Assembly: GCA_050273025.1 (NCBI GenBank)
Contig: CP158635.1
Coordinates: 16,244,001-16,308,000 of the forward strand
Source: Cenococcum geophilum
Lineage: Eukaryota
Direction of reading: 5' to 3'
Length of the DNA: 64,000 bases
Under the pieces are notes generated by a model, which made no database searches, was not told the origin of the DNA, and worked only from the letters and a program-made list of their open reading frames with translations. The position numbers and the translations under genes are program-made. Below are positions 24,101 through 34,670 of the stretch, piece by piece. Every line of letters begins with the position of its first letter. Position 1 is the stretch's first letter.

Positions 24101-26356
24101 GTGCTAAAGGAGGCCCTTTATTTAAAGATATGGCCTAAAACTAACGTCTGGCTAAAACGTATAGAGGCCTACTACCTAGGTAGGGCCAATAATAAGGTTA
24201 TATAGCTTAACCTTGCGGGCTTAGGATTTCTACGCCTCCTTTATATACTTAGGGTAATCCTATTATAGGACTTAGTAATCCTACGCAAGCAGTTCCCACT
24301 CTACCCCCTATAAAAGGACCCCCTCTTTAGCTGCAAGGAATACCAGAGGTTCGCTACACAGGTAGAAAGTTCGCTAGCTGACGTAGTTACGCTAGATAAG
24401 CTAATAATGCGAAAATACTAGCCCGCCTATAAGGCTATAGCTAAGCTAAAATATAAGGCCGCGATCTCTAAGGTAAAGGGGGTTTAATTACGCGTACAGA
24501 CGATCTTAGAACGCCTTAGCGAAATAAAAAGGTTATTAGTATTATTCGCACCTATATAGATCTAGTAAGGGAAGACAGGTATCTAGATAGGGCCTATAGA
24601 GTCCGTACGTCTACCTTTAGGTAAGCCCGCGCTATCTACTATAACGTTTATTATATTCGCGCCGCCTACTTAGCTATCTATAATATCTATACTGCCCACT
24701 TAGCCGCCGTCTATAATATCCGCACCGTCTACTTAGCCGTCTATAATATCCACACTATCTACTTAGCCGTCTATAATATCCGCACCGCCCGCTTAGCTAT
24801 CTACTATATCCGTATCGCCCCTACTAGCGTAGGCACAAGCTAATACTTAACTATCTCTCCTATTTATTCTTAACCTATAGGCGCCGCTAAGGAAATATAA
24901 AATGCTTTAAGGCAATAATTTGGTTTTCTAGCTTTAGACTAAGTGGACTTTAGGGCTAGCAGGTAGGCCGTTAATTAAAGCTCTTAATTACTACTGGGGG
25001 GCACACTAATAGGTTAACGGCGAGGCTATATTCTATAGCCGTCGCCGTAGGATTATTAAGGATATAAGACGGCGCGTAGAAGACGGTATAGCAAGAGATA
25101 AAAAATAGGCTATTAACTAGCTAGAACAGCTACGAGGCCGGTATTCTTTAAATTAGCTTTATAAGAATATCTAGGGCAAGGGAGGCTCCCTCTTAAGTAG
25201 TAGATAATACCTATTTTACTATAGTAACCAAGACGCCTTAATATAGGACTATACTAGTAACCGAGACGTCTTAATATAGGACTACACTGTAGTAACTAAG
25301 ACGCCTTAATATATAACTGCACTGCAGTAACCAAGACGCCTTAATGTAAAACTGCACTATAGTAACCAAAACGCCTTAATATACGACTGCACTATATTAA
25401 CTAAGACGCCTTAATATAGGACTATACTATAGTAACTAAGACGTCTTAATATAGGACTGTATTACAGCAACTAAGACGCCTTAATGTAGGAATAGAGCCC
25501 GTTTAGGTGTTGTAAATTCAGAGCAACATTACACGACCGTCTAGAAGTACCAATCTAACATAAATTATGTACCTTTTCGCCCAAAATCGCGTGCGAAAGT
25601 ACTCGGGGGCGGTCGCTGCGCGACCTCATGCGGGGTTCGGGCGCGTTATCAGCAGGGGTGGCCCTAACCTCGTATTAACCCGGGTCGTAACCGCGCCAAA
25701 TCAGCCCCCCCAATATGTGATAGATATTTACAAAGCACGGGCCCCGTGCACGTGACTCGTGCACGTCCTACGCCACAGAGAATACAGATTATCTGACAGC
25801 ATGTCAATATATATTGTTTTCTGGAAGGTGAAAAAAGTGAAAATCCCTCACAGAGAATAAGCCAGGAGACGCAAGTGATCGTTACGTTGACTTTATATAA
25901 CACCAGCACGACCTTCCTCCCGTACCGATCGGCCAGCCATCCCAATGGTATCGCTCCGATCATGGCACATAACATACGAATAAACATGATCAAGCCGGCC
26001 GATCTGGCTACTTTCTTCTGGATGCTGCCATCCTTGCACAGACGTTCGGGGATATGCTTTCCCATTTCCACCAGAGGAGACCCCATAGCCATGTAATGCT
26101 TGTAGCAATACATAGCTTCAAGTGCGCGCATTGTGGCAACTTGCTTAACGAAATACTCGGCCTCATTGATAAAGACAATGCAGCAGCCTAGATATGGCAC
26201 CCAACGGTAACGGGGTGAGATGGTTGTGAATGTCGGCCATCTACCGCGATTGGGCGGCGTCGGCAGTGGGGAGAGAGAACCGGAGGGCTTGCGGTGACTC
26301 GGGGGTGAGCGCCTGAGCAGCGGCTCTTGCTCTGGGTCTTGAACTTTAGTTGACAT
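15164..26356 (-). CDS. Major facilitator superfamily transporter (~530 aa) with a transposon-expanded ~9.6-kb intron
   Basis: Exon 26356-25852 carries MFS motif A (GWLADRYGRK) and ends at a GTGAG donor. It joins in frame (T|AT = Tyr) to exon 16251-15164, which follows a CTGAC branch point and AAG acceptor. There are many hydrophobic helices and no stops in either exon. A 21-nt in-frame micro-exon at 25792-25772 is possible. Confidence 0.82.
16444..17657 (-). mobile_element. Small non-autonomous Copia-derived LTR element (TRIM-like)
   Basis: 194-bp LTRs at 16444-16637 and 17464-17657 (TG..CA, partly RIPed) with ATATC TSD. On the minus strand, gttataagcccgg (Copia-type gttatgagccc PBS) follows the 5' LTR and a purine tract ggagggtg precedes the 3' LTR. 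The ~0.8-kb interior has short repeats and no pol. Confidence 0.82.
20005..20175. repeat. ~30-nt tandem repeat (about 5 units); also at ~24651-24821
   Basis: Repeated tatccgcaccgcctacttagccgtctataa-like unit. Confidence 0.8.
20575..20775. repeat. 35-nt minisatellite, 6 units
   Basis: gtaacYRagacgccttaatataggact... cores at 20578, 20611, 20646, 20681, 20716 and 20751. Confidence 0.9.
21090..22303 (-). mobile_element. Second copy of the TRIM-like element (duplicated with its host)
   Basis: Same position in the tandem unit and same TSD (atatc/atatt). LTRs at 21090-21283 and 22110-22303. Confidence 0.82.
25221..25491. repeat. 35-nt minisatellite, 8 units
   Basis: Cores at 25224, 25257, 25292, 25327, 25362, 25397, 25432 and 25467. 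Confidence 0.9.
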
Positions 26357-26993
26357 AGTGATAGACTAATACAAGCCTTGGGGATTTACAGTTTTACTCA
26401 GTCTCATCCGCAATTGCTGCAGCGAAAGACTTTTTGCCGCTAATGAATCATAAGAACAAACCGAGTTCGGAGAGCGCTATGCAGATCCTGCACCATACCA
26501 CGACAGGAAAGCCCGTGCATAGCTACATAAGTTATTTTAAGTTTCAAGCGTTGAAATCTAAAGACTATAATTCTGTTCTTTCAAGCGCGTAAAATCCAAA
26601 CTTTTGTTCAGCGGCCGTTTGGTTTCCATTCTTAAACCCCCCTTTTAATATACCGAAGCAAGAATCTTCGGTACCGGGAGTGCTAATCGCCGATCCATGC
26701 CGCCATCATTTACCCCAGTGCGGATCCATGGCCGGCACGTGTTCCTTTAGCAAAACTAGATAAAGGGGATTTGCCGATCAAGGATGGAACTCTACGGAGG
26801 ACGGAGCGAAAAGAGACTTCCCTTCCTATTTGGGAGAAGCGTGGTTTGGTGCCAAGACCACACCAAAATTTTAACTTCGAGCTTGTAAAAAGCAACTCTA
26901 TACCAACTTTTTGATAGAATCTACTTATTTAATTGCTTGTAATGTCCTCTGCATACCTTCTACTATTCTCCCCTACTATTCTTTAAGCCTAAA

Positions 26994-27845
26994 ATGCCTT
27001 ACTACAGCCTTGCAATGAGGGCGCAGGCCGTAGTAATAAAGGCTTTAGATATACCCCTAAAACCAATTACTTAAGCTACCGGGATTAGCGGCAAGCACAT
27101 TAGTAACTTATTAAAAAAGGCAGTAGAGAATGGCTAGCATGTAGATTAGGTTCTCTTTAATAACTATATTAAGGATAAGCCCCGCGTAAGGCGTATTAAA
27201 AAGATTACCCCTAATATTAAGTAGAGAGTTATTAACGCCATTATATATAATTATAACGGACATTAAAAAAGTATAGTAAAATCTCCTTAATACGATATGG
27301 GGTATATAACGATAACCTCTACATTACGATCTACACCCCTTAATCAAGCCGTTTTTGGTGTAATATTACAATAATCTGACTTTTGGCAATATTGTTAAGC
27401 GCCTACTACCAATATCGGTATAACCAGTAGAGAATTTGTATGGGAGAGGGCCCTATTTATCCCGCGAGGTAGACATCCTAAGCATTTTTAGGTATTAAGC
27501 TCCTCTTTTTCCTACGTATTCACCTAACACGTGACTCTTAATATAACAATACCATTGGTATTACGATACGCTCGGCCGAACAAACAGTATCGTACTAAAG
27601 AGATTTTACTATAGCTAAAAAATCGCTTAAGAAAATAGGAATCTTATAGCGTCTATTTAAATTATACTTAAAAAGTACGGCGTTTATAAAATAAAGCTAA
27701 TAAGGAAGCCTAGATTAACTATAGCTATAAAGAATAAATAGTATAGATTTGCAATGGCCTACCCCTACTAGATTTTAGAAGATTAAAAGGCTATAATTTA
27801 GTTAAATAAGATAAGTATTATTTTAGGCCACTCTTAAGGGGGTTA
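26994..27845 (+). pseudogene. RIP-inactivated Tc1-type transposase (N-terminal part), interrupted by a MITE
   Basis: ATG at 26994 (MPYYSLAMRAQA..). Later segments read RKPRLT..K....FA and D*KAII*LNKISIILGH, the RIPed form of the Tc1 motif EDWK.VIWSDETS..LG. Many TAA/TAG stops. Confidence 0.75.
27274..27611. mobile_element. Tc1/mariner-type MITE
   Basis: ~24-bp imperfect TIR tagtaaaatctccttaatacgata / tatcgtactaaagagattttacta with TA on both sides. The transposase sequence resumes after it. Confidence 0.82.
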
Positions 27846-28228
27846 TTATAAGGGGACTTTATAGACAGGGGGCTATCCCTTAACACGCTTGCGTCCTAAT
27901 ATTAAGTGGTCCGTGCAGAATACCCGAATTAAAACAACGTGGATAGCCTTATTTAATAATTTAATTGGCTAATTCTTATCGATAACAGTAGGACGTAAAC
28001 TAGTGTGTTAAGGGATAAGGGCACGATTATAGAATAGAATAGATTGGTAAGAAAGACAAATCCTTAAGGAGGTAAGGCCTCTAGAATTGTGGAGACTATA
28101 TACTATAAGCATATACTTCTAGTATATAACCGGCGACTATCTAAGGGGCGTTTAGGGGTTACCTTAAGGGCAACTTAAGGTAGCAATAATATCCCTTATC
28201 TTACTCTCCTCTTCTTATAGTTAGCCCC

Positions 28229-31200
28229 TGTTAGACTTATAAGGGGATATTACGTAGCTACGGTTCGTAGATAGTATAATGATTATTGTTTTTCTATTCT
28301 TAAAGAAAGGGGTAAGGAACTTAAGGTTCCTTACCACGCTAGTGCCGCGGCGGCACATAATGGCAACTTGCTATACGTGACGGTAATATACCTTATATAG
28401 TGACCATTTGCCTTTATTCCCAACACTAGCAACTCTTCTTTTATAGTTGCCATCTATATATATATACCGCTTAACTAGCGGAACAAAAATTAATCCTCCT
28501 TACTTACTATTGCTATTGTAATATAAGTCTCGCTATCCTAAAATTTGCCTTTTAGCATGTGGTGCTTTCTTGCTTATAAGTTATAGGTAAGTATCTTATT
28601 AGTAGGGCCGCTAAGGCGCTAGCGGTAAGCGAGCCAATAGCGATTTTCTATCCTAGGGATGGAAAATCCTAATTGGCTGGTTTAAGTTAGGGTCTATAGA
28701 ATCTAACCAATTAGACAACTTTAACCGCCGGTTAAAGTTCCTAGACATCTTAAGACCTTACGTAACTAAGAAATTTCTAGGGACTCCCTTTTAACCTAAC
28801 CTTTAACTTATATATATAGAGTATTTATATTAACAAACGTCTCTAGTGCCTTATTTAGGTTCGCCTTCATTATTATATCTACTAGGTTATCTTAGCTATT
28901 AATTTATTAAATCTTAAAGAGTTTTTAACGCTTATAGGATTACCAAAGTGCTATAATATTAATTATAAGGCGCTTCTCCTTTATGGTACTAAGCTTAACT
29001 AAACACTTATAGAGGGAAAATAAATTAGTACATACGATTATAAAAATAACGGGAAGTTTGAGTTAATCTATAATTATCTTTAGGGTAGTTCCAATTGCAA
29101 TTACTATATTAACTCCGCCAACCATTCTATATATCTCTAACGCTAAAACACTTCGGGTAACGCGCTTACTCTTAGTTAAGCTCTAATAGATAAGATTACT
29201 ATAGATTATAAAGTTATTCTCTCTAGTAAATTTATTCGCGATAATAATTTTATATCCTAACTAGGAGCTAAAATCTTTATTATTTACAAACGATCTATTA
29301 ATAAATATAAAGAGCTTAGCGGTAGGAAGATTAATAGGTACGTAGAATAGTCCCCAATTGAGATAGTTTATTTACTAGAAAAGACATTTATTTAGGGTAA
29401 GAACGTCGTCCTTAGTTAGTTTCTAATATTAGGCGGCAACGGAGAGATTAAATAAAGCCTTAGGTTAATAGATAGAAGTAATATAAGCTCCATAAGCGTA
29501 TTACTCTATATATCCTTACTTTAGGGAATTAACGTTAATAACATCAATTTTCTTACCTTAACCCTTCTAGCGTAAAGTAATGGAATCCTCGTTTAGGGAG
29601 AGGATGCATCCATTAAAGAGTAATAGTGTTATTAAGTTAAGCTTTTCCTTTGGCTTTACTATAAGATTTGCCTTTACTAGCTTATCTTCTTTAAGAGCTA
29701 AGAATTAGTCGTCTCCTAAGATAATTATATTATTAGTTTATATACCGACAATTCCAAATAGGGTTCCCGTGGTTATAATAAGGAAGTAGGGATTGAATAT
29801 AGAAGTAGTTATTAAAAGCTTCTCTTTATAGTGCTTGCTGTAGGTAGCCTACTAATAAGTTCCTACCTCTGCAATTCTATATAATGGCTTAAGCATAACT
29901 ATAATTATGTCTTTAGGATACTAGTGGCGAATTTGCTCCGGAAGGTATGCTAATATTAAGCGCTAAAGGTGCGTCTCTAATTGGGTGTAGGCTTAAGTGA
30001 TATCTTATAAATAAACTACCATTCTATTCTTTATTAAGGAGGGAGCTAATGTAATAATGACTCGCTGACTAGCTCGTTAAATCATAGGAGATTATATAAG
30101 AATTATCTCTTTGCTATTATTGTTGTAACCTTAAATAATAAGCCTTAATTTCTTAAATGGGGCGTTAGTAGCTTTACCCTTAATCTTATTAACTATTCTT
30201 AACTTAAAGATGCGAACTCTATCAAACTTAGTAGGGTTATATTTCTTAAATTTAAAGACTCCTCTTGCGATAAGACCGTTAATCTCCTGCTTATTAGATG
30301 CTTGGAAAGGAGCTCCTAGGGTTATAATACGACCTTCCTTTTAGAGCTGTTTTGCGAGCTTAAAATCAGCCTTCTCTTTAGCTGTTATAAAGGCTATTAA
30401 TAACTTGACTCTACTCTCTATAGTAGTAATAAATTGCTCTTCGAAATTAATAAGATGTTGGCGATTTCGTAATCCCTTTAGGCGACCTCTACCGCGTCAT
30501 AGTTGCGGCACGTCTACTATAATTGTATTAGGATTACAGTCGCCTTTTAGGGCACATTGATCGTGGTTCTCCTTTAGGGCATCTTCTAGGGTATCTTCTA
30601 GGGTATCCTATAAAGGCTTAGAACTGTTATCTTTATAATAGGGCCTAATAACAGTTAAACGGAATTAAGTAGGTCTATAGGGCATCTAAAGAGTATAAGT
30701 TTAACTATTAATTGTAATAAGTTTATATAGGCCTAACTATCCTCCCTTTTTACGCCATACCTATACTTTAGATTGGAGTGGCAGATTAAGTGTAGTTGAG
30801 GTATTTAGGCTATTTCTTATTCCTAGTGCGTTATTAACCTAGCGCGTAGCATATAGATATCATACCTCCTTTATTGCTTTGCGAATAGCCTTAGCTTATT
30901 ATATAATAGAGGGAGATAGTAGAGAATTGTTAGTTATTTAAGGGTAGGCGCTAAAGACTAATAATATAGGTACGAGTCCATCCAGGCTAGCGGAATCGTT
31001 AATAGCTTTAATAGCCATTTATAAGGTAAGTTCTTCGCTAGCGTCCTTTAGTTCTAAAGAGATAATCTTATATACGCGGCGTAATGGCGCGTAATATCGC
31101 TCTATTTTTTTAATACTATTATATACCTTAATAGGGACTTCCTTAACCTTAATTGCCATTGCCTTTGTTTATTATCAGAACTCTATAGATAAGAAGTTCT

Positions 31201-34200
31201 TTCCTGCGTTATAGATGATTTAATTAGGGGGTCCTAGGTAGATATTAATTTAGTATAACTAAAGGGTATCCTATACGTTCCTAGTTAATATATCCTTTAA
31301 GAATCATGCGGCTTAGAAGGAGGTTAAGAAGTTAATAACTTGGAGTACTAGCTTGCCGCTAAGGTATATAACGTCGACGATAATACAGAAGTTAAAGTCG
31401 TAGTTATCTTTAAGGGTAAACTTAAATCGGCTAGGGGACCTCTAGTTTATTTAGTAGTAGTAGCAGTATTTTATAAGATGCTTAATTGCCTTAACCTTGA
31501 CTTTATGGCCTGCTTGCTAAAGAACCCTAAGTAATTAGTAAACTAATAGGTGACTAAAATGATGGTGTAGTTGGCGTAACTCTGACTTAGTTAAATGGCT
31601 TTAAGCAACACTCTTTTCTAGTTATTAAAGGAGCAGCTAAGGGTAACCCCACTTACGTACAATAGGTACCCAATTATCTCCCTACACAAGTATATTCTTA
31701 AGGTTATTAAGCTTAACGCCTAGTTTATCTATATCTCTAATGCAAAATAGAAACGGGGTGTTTATAGGAACAACGTAAAAAGTAATGTACCCTAAGGGGG
31801 TTTAAACCCTAATTGTACCGAAAGAGATCGCAGTACCTTTGCTAAAACGAATCATATATTAGCCTGCCGTTAAATAGTTAATTTAAATAGAGCTATTAAG
31901 CTGCTAAAGGGCTCAAACTTAAGGTTCTCCTGCTATAGATACTCCTACAGCTCTAGTATCCGGTATAATACTATAGAAGACGTTTACTAAGTATCTGTTG
32001 TTAAAGGAAAACGCGGAGCTCTTCTTTGGCTTATTAAAGATATCTAACTTCGTAATAAAATGGAGCGTAGATTAGTTATTAAGAACAGCAACGGTTTATA
32101 TACCATTTACCTCACTATACTTAGTAAAGTATTAGTTAGGTAAGTAGTCCTCAATTTTTATATCCATAAGGAGCTATTCGGTCTTATTAACCTCACCCTT
32201 AAGGTCTTTTACGCCTTCATATTAAACTAGGAAGCTTTAGAAGTAGGCCATAGTAACCTTATAATTTCTAACGTTTTTTATACTTTAACGGAACTTATTA
32301 TATGCCTCTTTTCGCTTATTAAGGGAGTGTCTAGTTAACTAGCAATTTAGCTTCTTATAAACGTAGCACTTCTTCTAGTAATTACTTCAAAATAAACCTC
32401 CATAAGGACCTCTATAATTACCTTATAGTTAACATTAATTATACCCTTTGCTATATTCCCTACCACGGCCGCTATATATTTAATTAGTCTAGTTGTAATC
32501 ATATTGGTTAGGAACGCTTAGTTAGGTAGGGCTTTTGGTATAGAGCTATTAAGATTCTTATATTTATATTATAGTACCTATAGCAGAGCGTAGCTCGGCA
32601 TATACTCCTTTAAATATATCCACAGGTTTATATAGCGCTAAGTTACACTTAGAAACGCTATGGCATACTAAAATAACCTAGTCCCTTAGGCTATTCTTGT
32701 TTTGGTAAGTTTTAATAAGTCCATATTAGATTTTTTAGAGTTTATTAAAGAGTAGTTAAAGACACTCTAGGTAAGTTGTTATTAGGTTAGAAGTGATAAC
32801 TCTTTGGAATATAGTCTCCCGCTATTTAGATATATAGAGTTAGCAATTCTTATTAGTTTTAAAGTAGGCTCTAGTAAGCTAAAGCATTATATTAAAGCTA
32901 TAGTTTTTACCTGCGATATAGTCATAATAGAACATTACCGCCTGTCCCTTTAATATAATAGAGAAAGCATAATAGAACTAGTGGCGTTAAATTCCGACCT
33001 TATTATAGTAGTTATAAAAGACCTATAGTTTTACTCTAAGCATATCGTATAATTCTCCTCTAAACTTCTTCTCTTCGTCCAAATATACCTTTATTAGATT
33101 TATAACTTCTTAAAATAAAGGCTTATTGGTTAGCTAGGATAGAGGAGTTAGAAATAGTAAAGGTAAAGAAAAAGCACCTCTAGGTAGTAGAGCACCTCTA
33201 GGTAGGAAAGTAGCGTTCTAGGGGTTTTATTCCGAATTAAAGTTGCCTTTTAAAGAATATAGGTTGGTTTTAGGTTTCCGTAGTTAATATATAATCTTAG
33301 CTTCCGTCTATACTAGTTCTTCTATACTAGTAAAAACGGCGTAAATATTACTAGTAATTAGGTTACCGTCCTTAGCAATATATACCCTATTCCTTTAAAG
33401 GGAGTCTTAAAAATCCTAAATAATATTAACATTACTAAGTGCCTAGGTATCGGCGGTCTATCCTATAAAATCCTCCCTAAAGTATTCCCATAACTATAAA
33501 TCGGCGTAGTAGCTATCTTAGTAGAATAGAATATGGTATAGGAGAAAGCCGTTAACTTGTTTTGTGGTATAGGTTATTATATTAAAGGTAAATACATCCT
33601 AATCTTTATCGATGAGTTTCGCGTATATAGCTACCCCTAGTAGTAAGGAGTCTCTCTAGTCGTTTAAAGTGGCTATAGTTATGTCTTTAAAGGAAGGGAA
33701 TATTAGTAGTGTAGGGATTGTTGTTTAGTACGCGTTTATAACATATATTTGCGATTATAGGGCTTAGGACCAGTTCTAGCCTTAAATCGCGAAGACTTAT
33801 AAAGCGTGTTATTCTACGTAATAAACGCAAGAATCCGTAATCTTAGAAAGGCTTAGGACTAGTTCTGGCCTTTAGATTCTTAGATTTGTGGAAGAGTTCT
33901 ATTTAAAGTTTAGGACCAGTTCTAACCTTAAAAAATAGCTTCCTCTAGCACGAGTAGCACTAGTATAGTGGCTCGTCTTTTCTTAGTGAAAACCTAGCTG
34001 TTCTATAGTATAACTATAAAGTTAACCACTAATCAGTGTTGGACTTATAAGGGGATATCACGTAGCTATGGTTCGTAGATAGTATAATAATTATTATTTT
34101 TCTATTCTTAAAGAAAGGGGTAAGGAACTTAAGGTTCCTCACCACGCTAGTGCCGCGGCGGCACGTGATGGCAACTTGCTATATGTAACGGCAATATGCC

Positions 34201-34233
34201 TTATATGGTGACCATTTACCTTTATTCCTAACA
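28229..34233 (-). mobile_element. Full-length Ty1/Copia LTR retrotransposon, RIP-inactivated
   Basis: 197-bp LTRs at 28229-28425 and 34037-34233 (TGTT..AACA) with GCCCC TSD. The pol region is the reverse complement of that in 38073-44333. Confidence 0.92.
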
Positions 34234-34585
34234 GCCCCTAATTACTATTATTTTATAGTAGAGGGAGATTATAAGGGCTTGTTCTAAAAGGGTTTAGAGA
34301 GATATTAGTATACTACTATATATTATTATTTATCTAACCCCTACTTTAAACTTCTAAAAAACCTTAATAAGGAAAAAACGTAACTGGAGAAAAGATATAA
34401 GGATTACTAGGAAACCTATTAAAAGCCTACTAGAAGCCTACTAGTAACCGCTTAGGCTAATCTATAGATTTTTATATAACTTTATATTTAAGCCTTTATA
34501 CCAGTCTATAATTAATTATAAGTATTATAGGTAATTTAGTGTTCCTAATATAGTTCTATAGAACTATTTAGTATATAGCTTAATA

Positions 34586-34670
34586 GCCCGCGAAGCCCTA
34601 CTGCACGCGTCCACGTCGCCGCGGGTGGAAACATCATCAGGAAATCGTTCCTCATAATGGCCAAGTGCAG
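34586..34670 (+). ncRNA. HDV-like self-cleaving ribozyme at the LINE 5' end
   Basis: P1 GCCCGCG (34586-92) / CGCGGGT (34620-26) with a G1-U wobble. P2 CTGCAC (34601-06) / GTGCAG (34665-70). P3 GCG/CGC around L3 TCCACGT. P1.1 CC (34611-12) / GG (34627-28). P4 hairpin AGGAA-ATCG-TTCCT. J4/2 GCCAA with the candidate catalytic C at 34661. Confidence 0.9.

Larger units (their letters stand above)
21011..25726. mobile_element. Copy 2 of the tandem element
   Basis: Same sequence as copy 1 apart from transitions and two additional 35-nt minisatellite units (70 nt longer). It ends ...gtgatagata before a host T. Confidence 0.6.

Noticed and set aside
20575..25491. Regularly spaced ~35-nt repeats resembling a CRISPR array
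   Set aside because: The units are contiguous and similar along their whole length with no unique spacers. The context is eukaryotic and there are no cas genes, so this is a minisatellite.
27846..34571. Sequence flanking the first Copia (27846-28228 and 34239-34571) as a solo LTR or other element
   Set aside because: It is clearly RIPed repeat DNA, but termini and TSD could not be fixed.
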